From NCBI GenBank assembly GCA_964603965.1, contig CAZRWV010000001.1, positions 1 through 46,723 of the forward strand: a stretch of 46,723 nucleotides of DNA, in the 5' to 3' direction. A model generated the notes under the pieces. The model did no database searches, was not told where the DNA came from, and worked only from the letters and a program-made list of their open reading frames with translations. Source of the stretch: an uncultured Candidatus Saccharibacteria bacterium (GTDB taxonomy: Bacteria > Patescibacteriota > Saccharimonadia > Saccharimonadales > UBA4665). Positions 33,482-42,435 of this stretch are shown piece after piece. The position numbers and the translations under genes are program-made. Numbering within the stretch: the stretch's first letter is position 1; every line of letters begins with the position of its first letter.

Positions 33482-33652
33482 CTACAACCCAACCAGTTCA
33501 CTAAATGCGGTTCTGCGGTACTCTCGGTAATTCGGGGCCTGATATGCCACGAAGATCTTGTGCCTAGACTCTTTGAAAGCGTCGGCTAGCCTTTTGTATT
33601 CAACGCCCATTTTCTGGAACGCTTTTACTATTGCGAACTGATCTTGGTTCAT
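33482..33652 (-). CDS. Small hypothetical protein
   Basis: ATG at 33652 forms an ATGA overlap with the terL stop and follows GGAGGG. Confidence 0.4.
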   Translation of the reverse strand: MNQDQFAIVKAFQKMGVEYKRLADAFKESRHKIFVAYQAPNYREYRRTAFSELVGL

Positions 33653-35028
33653 ACTGTCCCTCCTTGCCATAGGCTTGTTATATTTCCACTTGAGTAGGAA
33701 TCGTTACCATCGTCCTTGGGTGACGCGAATGCCATTAGCCCATAGCGCAGCATGTCGTAATCGTGATCATCGGCTTTAGTGTCCACGTCATCCACTTTGA
33801 TCTTGTCGTAAGGCAAGTCAGGCACCGTGGTAATCGTGCTGGCACATGTTGAAAAGAATTGAATGCCTGGCTTGCCGTCCTTTTGGATAGCGAGCTTGCT
33901 GTGAACTACTTCGAGCCCGGCCTTACGGTCATTGTTCGCTGGCATCCAGCTAACACCCTCATCCGAATAGAGCCTGGCTATGCTTTTGCCCGTCGTGTGA
34001 TCACCCTGACCGTCAGCCCAGATCGACGGGTCGGCAAGGCCATATGACACCTTTTCACCGGCCTCAAACTGCTTGATGTTCCGAGCCTTTTCACCAATTT
34101 CTTTGTATTCCTTTTCCCGATATTCCCGGTACATGTAGATACGCTCGGTAGCAGGGTCTTGGGCGAACCAGCCGACTGAGTTGTTGTTGCCGTGGTCCAT
34201 GGCGCGCCATCGTTGCCAGTGTGTCGGTATGGAGAATGGATCAATGACGTGTACGTGATAATCAAACTCGGTGAATACCTGGCCGGCAAACGTATTCCAG
34301 TCGCCATTACGTAGGGCTTTGCGCAGGTTGGGGTCCTCGATACTCTGCAGCTGCTTGTTGTAGTCGAGCTTAAAACGTTCATTCGGGTGGTCGTCGAGCT
34401 TGGCAGGTATGAATACACGCGTCTTGATCGTGCCGTCCGGCAGCGTCACGTTGAATACCTCACCCCACGGCTTGTGATCGATGAACCGCTTCTTGACCCA
34501 GCCGTGGCCAATACCTCCGGGGTTGGTGCCACCCATGAACATAACGGGCCAGTCGTCCCGGTCGGTGCGGTTTCTGGTAACGAGGTAGTCGATCCAAGAC
34601 ATGGGGAACTGTGTCAGTTCGTCAACGCCAATTACGGGCATTTCAGCACCCTGGTAGTGGTCTAGGTCTGACTCATTGTCCAGGTAGTTGAGGATGATGC
34701 TTGAGCCGTTCCTGAATATGTATGACCGGCCCTCATGCTCACCATCACTGGTGCCACGCCAGCGCATGCCACCACCCTTCAGGTATGCGCCAGCTTGCTT
34801 AACGATTTCCCTTTTGATCGTCTTGTTGAGGTCAGGTATGGTGCGACGGAATAGGTTGATAGGTATGCCGGGATATTCCAGTGCTAGCGTGATCGACTCA
34901 GCAACCAGCGCAGCGGTTTTGCCGCCACCGGCAGCGCCACCATATAGCTTTTCGTCAGCTACAGTCGTGTGGAAGGCTGTCTGACGCTCCGAGGCGGTGT
35001 AGTCAGGGACTTTGACTTCTGTCGTCAT
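33649..35028 (-). CDS. terL: Terminase large subunit
   Basis: Walker A GGAAGGGKT, Walker B VIGVDELTQF, and a C-terminal nuclease-like half with acidic motifs. Start taken at MTTEVKV (TAATG coupling) rather than the track start at 35073. Confidence 0.9.
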   Translation of the reverse strand: MTTEVKVPDYTASERQTAFHTTVADEKLYGGAAGGGKTAALVAESITLALEYPGIPINLFRRTIPDLNKTIKREIVKQAGAYLKGGGMRWRGTSDGEHEGRSYIFRNGSSIILNYLDNESDLDHYQGAEMPVIGVDELTQFPMSWIDYLVTRNRTDRDDWPVMFMGGTNPGGIGHGWVKKRFIDHKPWGEVFNVTLPDGTIKTRVFIPAKLDDHPNERFKLDYNKQLQSIEDPNLRKALRNGDWNTFAGQVFTEFDYHVHVIDPFSIPTHWQRWRAMDHGNNNSVGWFAQDPATERIYMYREYREKEYKEIGEKARNIKQFEAGEKVSYGLADPSIWADGQGDHTTGKSIARLYSDEGVSWMPANNDRKAGLEVVHSKLAIQKDGKPGIQFFSTCASTITTVPDLPYDKIKVDDVDTKADDHDYDMLRYGLMAFASPKDDGNDSYSSGNITSLWQGGTV

Positions 35029-35183
35029 TAAAACCAGACCTGTATCATTTTGTCGGCCAACTCTTTGAACCACGCCTCGAACTGCTGGCCCAATTTTCTG
35101 TCCATTGTCAGCTGCTCAAGCTCGTCGATGCTGAATTCTCTAATCCAGCGCAGAACCAGGTAACGCTTAATCCGTCTGATCAT
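35028..35183 (-). CDS. Small ORF (51 aa) between terS and terL
   Basis: ATGA/TAATG coupling on both sides. My translation: MIRRIKRYLVLRWIREFSIDELEQLTMDRKLGQQFEAWFKELADKMIQVWF. Confidence 0.35.
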   Translation of the reverse strand: MIRRIKRYLVLRWIREFSIDELEQLTMDRKLGQQFEAWFKELADKMIQVWF

Positions 35184-35290
35184 CTTTTGACTAGCCTCTG
35201 GATAAAATGGAGCAATCGGCTAGGTGGCGTATATTTGTGCAGCTTGCCGGTAGTGAGGTCTACATACCTAAGTGGGTCCCGGCCGTTCAT
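35180..35290 (-). CDS. Small ORF (36 aa; 51 aa if started at GTG 35335)
   Basis: ATGA coupling downstream. My translation: MNGRDPLRYVDLTTGKLHKYTPPSRLLHFIQRLVKR. Confidence 0.25.
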   Translation of the reverse strand: MNGRDPLRYVDLTTGKLHKYTPPSRLLHFIQRLVKR

Positions 35291-35327
35291 GAGGAACAGG
35301 CGGTCGTTATACTCAACGTATCTATAC

Positions 35328-35675
35328 CTACTCACTCTTTGGCCTCGGCACACTATTAACGAATGTTACATCACCACTCAGGTTGCCTTCCCATTCCTTG
35401 CGCTCTTTGAACACCTCCGGCTCCATACGCTCCAGTAGGAACTCGGGGCGGGCCTGCTTGATATGCTTCTTTAAAAACTTTATCCTGGCTTCCTCTAGCT
35501 GGCCCGAAAAATCGTCATCTGAATCACGCCATTCTTTCAACGTCTCCTCTGTCTTGCCAATGGCGCGAGCGATAAGCTTGTAGTGATAAAGTGACTCGGC
35601 ATGGATAACGGCCTCTCTTTTCAGAAGCGCCTGCTTTTCCTCCAGGGTCATGTCCTTGTCGCCTAATTTAGCCAT
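35328..35675 (-). CDS. terS: Terminase small subunit (HTH type)
   Basis: LIARAIGKTEETLKEWRDSDDDFSGQLEEARIKF matches the common terS N-terminal HTH pattern. Lies upstream of terL. Confidence 0.6.
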   Translation of the reverse strand: MAKLGDKDMTLEEKQALLKREAVIHAESLYHYKLIARAIGKTEETLKEWRDSDDDFSGQLEEARIKFLKKHIKQARPEFLLERMEPEVFKERKEWEGNLSGDVTFVNSVPRPKSE

Positions 35676-35789
35676 ATATCACCCTATGTATAAATTTACG
35701 AACGTTTTCTAGAAAAGTGGATATAATGCCGGGATTTATGGCATCAGGATTGAAGCTATATGTCACATGTGAGATATGTTTATCAGCAC

Positions 35790-36077
35790 TCATGGAGCTG
35801 CCACCTCATAAATATCAGCGAGGTCGAGGCTTACCCGTAATGATGTCGTCTCGCCATCATAGTCACGCTCAACCTTTAGACGACCAGTCGCCATGGATTC
35901 GCACTTACCCTCGATAACGGGCTCAGCAAGTTCCACGATAGTTTTTTGGATGTCCTCAGCTGTCGGTACGCCAGTATCGGACCAGCTCCAGCCAAACAGC
36001 CGGTAGAGTGGAGCCACTTTTAGCGCTGCCTGCTCAATTTGGGGATTAAGGTCTAGGCTAATGTTCAGTCTTTTCAT
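35790..36077 (-). CDS. Hypothetical protein
   Basis: ATGA coupling with the upstream gene. Confidence 0.4.
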   Translation of the reverse strand: MKRLNISLDLNPQIEQAALKVAPLYRLFGWSWSDTGVPTAEDIQKTIVELAEPVIEGKCESMATGRLKVERDYDGETTSLRVSLDLADIYEVAAP

Positions 36078-36346
36078 ACGCCCAGCCCCTTGTGATGATC
36101 ATAATTGTTGTTGTCCCACTTGCGGTGGAAATCAAAGTCAGTAGCGTCGTGCTCGTGTTGGTATAACTCCTGGACTACCCATTTCTTTTCGGGCTTGAAG
36201 TCAGCGAGAGAGATAATGCTGCCGGGTTTTAGGCCAGGACGAACGTCTAACCAGGTAAGTAGCATTTCGTGACCATCGATACTTTGTAGACAAGCCTGCT
36301 TTATTTTCACAGTGCACCTCATTAATAACTTATTTAGGCATCGCAC
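36074..36346 (-). CDS. Hypothetical protein (first gene of the late-arm run)
   Basis: ORF follows an AT-rich intergenic region. No motif assigned. Confidence 0.4.
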   Translation of the reverse strand: MRCLNKLLMRCTVKIKQACLQSIDGHEMLLTWLDVRPGLKPGSIISLADFKPEKKWVVQELYQHEHDATDFDFHRKWDNNNYDHHKGLGV

Positions 36347-36521
36347 GGACTACACTGGGCTGTTTCAACGTAGCAGGAGTGATATGAAAGGGTGCTACGT
36401 GTAGTAAGAGACTTTCTTATGTGTGAGGTGGGTTGGAGTTTTGGGAGGTGTTTAAAATTCAACAATTAACAAAAAATACAAAAACCTACAACATGAAGTT
36501 ATTAAGGTACGATCACTCCTT

Positions 36522-36551
36522 TAAAAAGGCCGGGCGCGCAAATGTCGCCCG
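36522..36551 (-). terminator. Terminator-like hairpin downstream of int
   Basis: CGGGCG/CGCCCG 6-bp stem (36531-36536/36546-36551) with a 9-nt loop, followed on the - strand by GCCTTTTT. Confidence 0.5.
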
Positions 36552-36641
36552 TGCGATGACTAAATTATTAGAGAACCTGCTTGTAGGCTCAAAGAGAGAT
36601 TGGGTGAATACCCATAGTGTAGCATAAGCGTAACGAGAAAT

Positions 36642-37499
36642 CTAGACCTTAGTGTGGAAACGGGCATGCGCTTCATCCCCGCGTTTTTCGTGGACATTAA
36701 TATACCCACGCGTAGTAGAAATGTTGGTGTGGCCTAATGCGACCTGGATGTCCACAATCCCTGCTCCGTTTAGGTCCATGTCAGTAGCGAGTCCCCTGCG
36801 GAACGAGTGGGGTGTGATGTTCTTTTCCGTCCCATCCGGCCGCGCCACACCAAGCTCGCCGGCAATCTGGTTTACTATCTGCTCGGCACGTTGCACGGTC
36901 ATACGGCGCATCTGGGACGATATGAATAGGGCTGGTAGCCTGTCGCCTCGTTCGTCCAGGTATTCCGCTATGCAGTGTCGTGCTGTGTCGTCCAGGCGCA
37001 CGACCACTTCTTTACTGTTCTTACCAATTACCTTGGGCTTTGGGTCATGCAATGCGTCCCGGTTCAGGCTCAGCACCTCGGATATACGGCTACCGCTGCT
37101 CCATAGGACTGCCACTAACGCTTTATCCCTGGTATTGGTAGCGTAGTCGATCATCTGCCGGGCCTCGGTCGGAGCAACGTGATCTTTTGGCTCGATGAAT
37201 ATCCGTGGAATCTCAACATCCCGGAAACTAATGACTTTGACGTTGCGTTTGTGTAGGTACTTGAGCACTTCGCGCAGCCTAGATATGTCATGAGCCACAG
37301 TAGAAGACTTGTGGCCCTGCTGTTCCCTGAATAGCTGCCAGCGCATGATGACAGTCTCATCAATCAGCTCCACGGGCATGTCACCACATGCTTTAACCAA
37401 GCTGTTAACTGTTGACCGGTAATTTGTGAGGGTCTTCAACTTAGCACCGTCCTGGTGCTTCTTGAATATGCAGAGTTGAAAAGCCTCAGAAATAACCAT
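36642..37499 (-). CDS. int: Tyrosine recombinase / phage integrase (short, XerC/D-like, no arm-binding domain)
   Basis: SGSRISEV (Arg I), PHSFRRG (H-x-x-R), LGHTNISTTRGY (His and the catalytic Tyr). Adjacent to attR. Confidence 0.9.
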   Translation of the reverse strand: MVISEAFQLCIFKKHQDGAKLKTLTNYRSTVNSLVKACGDMPVELIDETVIMRWQLFREQQGHKSSTVAHDISRLREVLKYLHKRNVKVISFRDVEIPRIFIEPKDHVAPTEARQMIDYATNTRDKALVAVLWSSGSRISEVLSLNRDALHDPKPKVIGKNSKEVVVRLDDTARHCIAEYLDERGDRLPALFISSQMRRMTVQRAEQIVNQIAGELGVARPDGTEKNITPHSFRRGLATDMDLNGAGIVDIQVALGHTNISTTRGYINVHEKRGDEAHARFHTKV

Positions 37500-37841
37500 G
37501 TAGCAGCCTTTCTATTCCCGTAAGGTGTGTAATCCAGGATTAGAATAGAGATTGCTTGCTGCGGTCCAGCCTGACTTGACCGTACTAGGGCAAACTCGGC
37601 GCTATATGGTTTAAAACTTGTGCGTGGAAACCTTGCGGAGTACGCACATAGTAAACCCAGTATAATACCTGAGTAGTTGCCCTCTGCAAGCGTGAAGTTA
37701 TAGATTTTTGTTCATTGGAAAACGACTAATGCCCACCACTTCTCTACAGGTGCCCGTTATGTAGTGTTGTCGCCCTCCTCTGATTACGTACTGTCATTTA
37801 TATATCTGTTGACCCCTGTTGTGCAAGGGGTGAAGTTGTCA

Positions 37842-37870
37842 CTGACACTTTTGCTTCGTTATGTTAAAAT
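37842..37870 (+). promoter_or_regulatory. Sigma70-like promoter facing attR
   Basis: CTGACA (37842-37847), 17-nt spacer, TAAAAT (37865-37870). Confidence 0.4.
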
Positions 37871-38244
37871 ATTTGGCCTACGTCAAAGAAACCTGACTTT
37901 TTATTCCCCTCCGGGAGCAGGCACCTTACATTCTGCTGACAATCCGGTGAGATTTTTTCCATTCAAACCTAAACACCTTAGTCAGATTAACGAAAGTGAT
38001 CCATTCCAAAACCCCTGTGAGGTACCGTATAGGGACGGTAGAGTGTTTGAAATAAACCAACCTTATTTGTTAAATGACTAAGGTATGCAAGCTTTAACCC
38101 TCTCGCTTGTCCAGCTCCAGTGAATACCACCGGACCGCCAGGCGCTTTACGATAGCACTAAACGTTGTTTGTACTTGTGGCCTTATTAAATAGACAGGTG
38201 CACCCCTAGACCACTGTTCGCCCTCTTCCACGCGTCATACGAGG

Positions 38245-38269
38245 GGCTCACCGGCGGAATCGAACCGCC
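38245..38269 (-). other. tRNA-like T-arm plus acceptor 3' strand fragment (no matching 5' half)
   Basis: The - strand reads GGCGG TTCGATT CCGCC GGTGAGC C. No GCTCACC partner or anticodon arm lies within tRNA distance. Confidence 0.45.
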
Positions 38270-38360
38270 CAGGGAACATCTGCCTACTTGTTAAGGTGTG
38301 TGCCAGGTTCTTTTAAGTGCCCCGGTGGCCGTACAAAGCCTGCCTACACTTTTAACGAGA

Positions 38361-38384
38361 AAACCCCGGTGATGGCCGGGGTTT
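38361..38384. terminator. Hairpin with weak U-runs on both strands
   Basis: AAACCCCGG/CCGGGGTTT 9-bp stem with a 6-nt loop. The - strand continues TTCTCGTT and the + strand continues CGTC. Confidence 0.35.
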
Positions 38385-38419
38385 CGTCACGATTGTTATC
38401 ATGACTAACCTCGCAATGA

Positions 38420-38442
38420 GAGTCATGATATGAGCGTCGTGG
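38420..38442 (+). repeat. 23-bp box repeated in both att arms (right copy)
   Basis: GAGTCATGATATGAGCGTCGTGG matches 110-132 at 22 of 23 positions. Its first 10 nt form the 3' arm of a 9-bp hairpin (38396-38404/38421-38429). Confidence 0.7.
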
Positions 38443-38554
38443 AACACTATTACTATAACAAATTTAGCGTGCCGTTTCAATATCTCGAATGTCCAGAAAA
38501 TGACTACATTACGATATGTAACTCCTTACGCTTGCCCAAGACAGCAAATCGCTA

Positions 38555-38583
38555 TTGCATAAAACAGTTCGTTGTGTTAATAT
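38555..38583 (+). promoter_or_regulatory. Sigma70-like promoter reading into the tRNA-derived att core
   Basis: TTGCAT (38555-38560), 17-nt spacer, TAATAT (38578-38583). The predicted start near 38590 is about 68 nt upstream of the core. Confidence 0.45.
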
Positions 38584-38657
38584 GAATTCAGTACTTTCAA
38601 AACCTGACAGCGTTTCGAATAACGAAGCTATGTTATATCTCTTTCGGGGGACAAAAT

Positions 38658-38712
38658 CTTATCTGAAGATTTGGTCCCAGCATTCGGGGGTTCGAATCCC
38701 TCCGCCCTAGCC
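38658..38712 (+). repeat. att core, right copy (attR)
   Basis: Identical to 1-55. Phage sequence lies to the left and host sequence with a terminator lies to the right. Confidence 0.85.
38668..38712 (+). tRNA. Displaced 3' fragment of a tRNA-Gln(UUG)-like gene (not a complete tRNA)
   Basis: Same 45 nt as 11-55. The upstream sequence has no TAGGGCG acceptor strand, D arm or anticodon-stem partner. Confidence 0.55.
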
Positions 38713-38729
38713 ATATATAAGCGTTAGGA

Positions 38730-38758
38730 AAGACTTCTTCGGAAGTCTTTTTTGTTTT
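38730..38758 (+). terminator. Rho-independent terminator (native tRNA terminator)
   Basis: AAGACTTC/GAAGTCTT 8-bp stem with a TTCG tetraloop, followed by TTTTGTTTT. Confidence 0.85.
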
Positions 38759-38772
38759 GGTATGATTGGGGT

Positions 38773-39369
38773 ATGACCAAATACGTTATCGGTTCCGGTG
38801 GATTGGGCCACGCTGAAGACAAGGGACGTGCGTTCGTAAACGAGATGCTTAAGGGACTGGGCAATAACCCAAAGCTCCTGTACTGCTTCTTTGCCGACCC
38901 ACGTGAGTTCTGGGAATCGAAGTTTCATAAATACAAGGCTGATTTTAGTGCGCTACTGCCGGAGGACGTTACGCTGGAAGCCGACCTAGCCATGCCCGAT
39001 ACTTTTGCCGAACAGTGCGCCAAAGCGGATGCTATTTACATGCATAGCGGCGAGAACCACCTAGCGTTGTACTGGTTGCGGCAATTTGACTTGCCAAAGA
39101 TATTTGACGGCAAGGTGGTTGCCACTAGCTCTGCCAGTTCTAACTCCCTATCAACGAGTTTTTACTCACCCAGCTGGCGGCAGATTATGGATGGACTAAG
39201 TATTCTACCTATCAAGTTCATGCCGCACTTCAAAGCAGCCTGGAGTGATACAGACTCGCGTGGGCCGGTCGACTGGCAGAAAGCATATGACGACTTGGCC
39301 GCTTACGGTGACACCTCGCTGCCACTGCATGCCCTGAGAGACGGTGAGTTTGTGGTGATCGAGAAATAA
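38773..39369 (+). CDS. Peptidase S51 (dipeptidase E)-like / class I glutamine amidotransferase-like protein
   Basis: Start at MTKYVIGSGG. HSGENHLALYW and VVATSSASSNSL resemble the S51 nucleophile region. Tentative. Confidence 0.45.
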   Translation: MTKYVIGSGGLGHAEDKGRAFVNEMLKGLGNNPKLLYCFFADPREFWESKFHKYKADFSALLPEDVTLEADLAMPDTFAEQCAKADAIYMHSGENHLALYWLRQFDLPKIFDGKVVATSSASSNSLSTSFYSPSWRQIMDGLSILPIKFMPHFKAAWSDTDSRGPVDWQKAYDDLAAYGDTSLPLHALRDGEFVVIEK

Positions 39370-39393
39370 GTTTGCTATGCTAGAGTTACCTAT

Positions 39394-40044
39394 ATGAAGC
39401 TGTTTGTTTGGGATCTTCACGGGACGCTAGAGCAAGGCAACGAAGATGCGGTAATCGAGCTATCGAATATGGCGCTCGAACAGCTGGGCTATACGCAGCG
39501 CTTCTTGGCGGAGGATTCGCGCAGCCTGTACGGGCTCAAGTGGTATGAGTATTTCCAGACGCTTCTTCCGGAGGAATCCCACGAAAAGCACATGGAGCTG
39601 CAGCGGCTTAGTTTTCGGCTATCCGATGATAATACCGACCTTATTGCACGGCATATGCGCCCCACAACGCATGCCCACGATGTTTTGCAGATGATCGCCG
39701 GTAGCCCACATGCACAAATCCTGATCTCCAACACTGTGCCGTCCACGATACCGCTTTTTATGAAGGCACTGGCAATGGAGCATTATTTTAACGAGCTGAA
39801 TGCATTTGCCGTGAACGCCCATGCCAAAGAGGCTATGAAAAGCAAAGAGGATGCCCTGAGTGTCTACATGAACGGCAAGTTGTTCGAAGATGTTATTGTA
39901 ATCGGCGACTCGGCGACTGACTTACGTCTGGCTGAGTATGCCAAGGCCAAGGCGTATCTGTATGCCCACCCTGGCTACGCCTTCCGGGCTGACGGTGGCG
40001 ATTACCGCATCAATGATTTGCGTGAAGTGCTAGTGCACGTGTAG
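39394..40044 (+). CDS. HAD-superfamily hydrolase-like protein
   Basis: Motif I-like LFVWDLHGTLE (second Asp replaced by His) and motif IV VIVIGDSATDL. Confidence 0.6.
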   Translation: MKLFVWDLHGTLEQGNEDAVIELSNMALEQLGYTQRFLAEDSRSLYGLKWYEYFQTLLPEESHEKHMELQRLSFRLSDDNTDLIARHMRPTTHAHDVLQMIAGSPHAQILISNTVPSTIPLFMKALAMEHYFNELNAFAVNAHAKEAMKSKEDALSVYMNGKLFEDVIVIGDSATDLRLAEYAKAKAYLYAHPGYAFRADGGDYRINDLREVLVHV

Positions 40045-40103
40045 CCATTCGTTCCGAAAAGCGCTCTAGCGCGGTCACGGAATTTTTATGCTATCGTTAG
40101 CAT

Positions 40104-40565
40104 ATGGCGCAGGCGACTAAATATTTTAGGATGCGGGTTGTGATCGGCATTTTGTTCCGCAACGGCGGTAAGCTACTACTGGCACAGCGTAAAGACACGG
40201 GCTATCATGACGGTAACTACAGCTTGCCGGCCGGCCATCTGGATGGCAACGAGCTTGCGACCGCAGCTGCTGCGCGTGAGGCAAAAGAAGAGCTTGATGT
40301 TGACGTAGACCCTGCCGATTTTCGCCTAGCACATGTAACGCACCGGCTTGGTACTGCAACGACTGTCGAGCGAATCGAGCTGTTTTTTGAGGTACGAAAG
40401 TGGCAAGGCGAACCGCGCAATGCGGAGTCGCACAAGTGTGACCACGTGGCATGGTATCCGGTGAACGACTTGCCCAAAAACATGATTCCCCAGGTGCGGC
40501 GTGTGATCGGGCTGATTGGTGAGGGTGTAATGTACTCAGAGTACTCCGACGAGCCCACGGACTAG
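40104..40565 (+). CDS. NUDIX hydrolase
   Basis: Nudix box GHLDGNELATAAAAREAKEELDV (G-x5-E-x7-REAxEE-x-x-V). Confidence 0.85.
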   Translation: MAQATKYFRMRVVIGILFRNGGKLLLAQRKDTGYHDGNYSLPAGHLDGNELATAAAAREAKEELDVDVDPADFRLAHVTHRLGTATTVERIELFFEVRKWQGEPRNAESHKCDHVAWYPVNDLPKNMIPQVRRVIGLIGEGVMYSEYSDEPTD

Positions 40566-40600
40566 CTTCCCGGAGAATCTTTCTTTGGTATAGTACTACC

Positions 40601-41221
40601 ATGACAAAACCAGACAATTCCACCATCATCAACGTTTGCGTAATTCCCGACGAGCGCGTTGGCGCGGAGTGTGTGTTAATCAGCCAGTCGCTCAAGAGCG
40701 ACGATACGCTGTTTGTGCTGGGCGGCGATAAGTTTGCTCACATGACGGCGTATATGGCGCGGTTCGCTGATGCGGACATCGACAAAGTCGTGCAAGGTGT
40801 GGAAAGTGCACTGAAAACCGCGTCGTCGTTCCGCTGCGAGCATACCGGTTACTTTATGACCGCTGGGCGCTACATGGAGGTGTCTTACCGCAAGTCGGAT
40901 GCGTTTATGGGCTTGCACGAATCGCTGATCACGGCCGTGTCTGATCTGCGCATCAACCCGGGCAACCCTTACGAGGAGGGCTACTTTACACCCTACACTG
41001 CCGAACAGCAACAAAACGCTGCCGAAACCGGCTATGACTTGGCACGGAATCTGTACCGCCCACACGTAACCCTCACCCGCTACCAGGAAGGCGGCGTGCC
41101 GGCAGAATTCCCGGCGCTTCCCGCAGTTAACCTATCGTTTGATCTAGACAAAGTTTGCGTATACAAGGCTGACGACAACGGTGCGGTTTACGAACTGATC
41201 CGCGAGTTCCACGTTCGCTAG
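40601..41221 (+). CDS. 2H phosphoesterase superfamily protein (LigT-like)
   Basis: Two H-x-T motifs: AHMTAY and PHVTLTRY. Confidence 0.65.
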   Translation: MTKPDNSTIINVCVIPDERVGAECVLISQSLKSDDTLFVLGGDKFAHMTAYMARFADADIDKVVQGVESALKTASSFRCEHTGYFMTAGRYMEVSYRKSDAFMGLHESLITAVSDLRINPGNPYEEGYFTPYTAEQQQNAAETGYDLARNLYRPHVTLTRYQEGGVPAEFPALPAVNLSFDLDKVCVYKADDNGAVYELIREFHVR

Positions 41222-41222
41222 C

Positions 41223-42407
41223 TTACCCCGCAAACTGCCCGCTCACAAAGAACATATACAAAATTGCCTGCATAGCGATACCTACGACCACGAGTGCGCC
41301 AAGCGCAGCCGGCAGCCACTTGCGTGTCCCGTAGGCACGCAGCAGAAATAGTGGCACCAGATAGACCACCAGGCACGGCAGCACGTAGCGGTGCACCGAC
41401 ACGGTGTTGTTATTGACGGTAAAGAATACCACGGAGGCCAGGCCGGCGATGCCGAGCGGCAGCGTTTTGCCGCGGATGACGATGATGCAGTGCAGAGACG
41501 CGAGCGTTAACAGTCCCAGGGCTGCAAGTGGCAGTATGGCGTTGACTAGCACAACCGACCAGGCCTCGCCGTTCGTGCCGAGCAGTTTGTACACCACCTC
41601 GCCACAGCTATGGATAATGGCGCGCGGAAAGAACGGGTTAAACTTGTGGTACGACCAGTCGCTGGTGGCGTGGTAGCCGTGGACCATGGCCAGAAAGTCG
41701 CCGCGGGTGGCTTGCAGGTATAGCCCGTAGCCAATAAAGCCTAACGGCACGAGCGCGAAGGCCAAGATGCGAGGGTTGACCAGCCGTTTGATAGACCAAT
41801 CATGGGCGCGCATAAACTCCAGCGTACACAGGCCGATCACCAGCAGCGCCGGTATCTTGACGATCATAATCAGACACAGCAGAATGCCCATGCGCAGCCA
41901 CTGGCGCCGCAGCGCGAACAGATATGCCCAGAATGCCAGGGCACAGAACAGCGCCTCGGCGTAGAAAAAGTGCATAAAGAGTGCCGTCGGGAACGCCAAG
42001 AACAGCCCGACCATCAGCCACTTGTAGCGGCCAAGGTCGAACGCCTCGGCTATGCGCACGAGTGCCATGATTGCCAGCCACAACGAGACGGTGTTGACCA
42101 CTAGTGCGGCCGCTAGAACACTCAGGGCGTGAAAACTAATGGCCTGCACCAACAATACGGCCAGCGGAAACAACGGATAGAACACCGGTGCGGCATTGTT
42201 CACCACATAGCCATTGCCTGTGATGATGGACAAGAACCAGCCACCGTCCCAATGGCTGGTGTGGTTGAGCAGACTGATCGTGGACGGATCAGCAGCAAAG
42301 TGACGTTCCAACAGATAGCCGGCGGCCGTCATAAACGCCTGCCAACCCAGCGCGATGCCGAGCGATCGCACCCACACCGACGTCCAGTTGATTTTTATGC
42401 TTCGCAT
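41223..42407 (-). CDS. Polytopic membrane glycosyltransferase (PIG-V/GT-C-like)
   Basis: At least 10 hydrophobic helices. N-terminal-loop motif HWDGGWFLSIITGNGY, as in PIG-V-type mannosyltransferases. Confidence 0.55.
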   Translation of the reverse strand: MRSIKINWTSVWVRSLGIALGWQAFMTAAGYLLERHFAADPSTISLLNHTSHWDGGWFLSIITGNGYVVNNAAPVFYPLFPLAVLLVQAISFHALSVLAAALVVNTVSLWLAIMALVRIAEAFDLGRYKWLMVGLFLAFPTALFMHFFYAEALFCALAFWAYLFALRRQWLRMGILLCLIMIVKIPALLVIGLCTLEFMRAHDWSIKRLVNPRILAFALVPLGFIGYGLYLQATRGDFLAMVHGYHATSDWSYHKFNPFFPRAIIHSCGEVVYKLLGTNGEAWSVVLVNAILPLAALGLLTLASLHCIIVIRGKTLPLGIAGLASVVFFTVNNNTVSVHRYVLPCLVVYLVPLFLLRAYGTRKWLPAALGALVVVGIAMQAILYMFFVSGQFAG

Positions 42408-42435
42408 CCGCTTCCTAATGTATCATAGAGCTAGG

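Larger units (their letters stand above)
1..38712. mobile_element. Integrated temperate phage (podovirus-like late gene order) bounded by a tRNA-derived direct repeat; left junction truncated by the window start
   Basis: Identical 55 nt at 1-55 and 38658-38712. Tyrosine integrase lies beside the right copy. Complete early (+) and late (-) arms are present with terS/terL/portal/capsid/tail/lysis genes. Only housekeeping-type genes lie right of 38712. Confidence 0.85.

Noticed and set aside
37764-38081. 105-aa + strand ORF in the int-attR region
   Set aside because: It has a GTG start without an RBS, spans the predicted promoter, and gives an unconvincing translation. It is treated as non-coding.
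38600-38712. A complete tRNA gene at the right att copy
   Set aside because: No 5' acceptor strand (TAGGGCG or G.U variants), D arm or anticodon-stem partner lies upstream. The alternative stem AATCT/AGATT would give a loop with A33 and a 14-nt unstructured variable region. It is treated as a displaced 3' fragment.
38707-38928. 73-aa - strand ORF across attR
   Set aside because: It runs antisense through the S51-like gene start, the tRNA terminator and the att core, and has no RBS.
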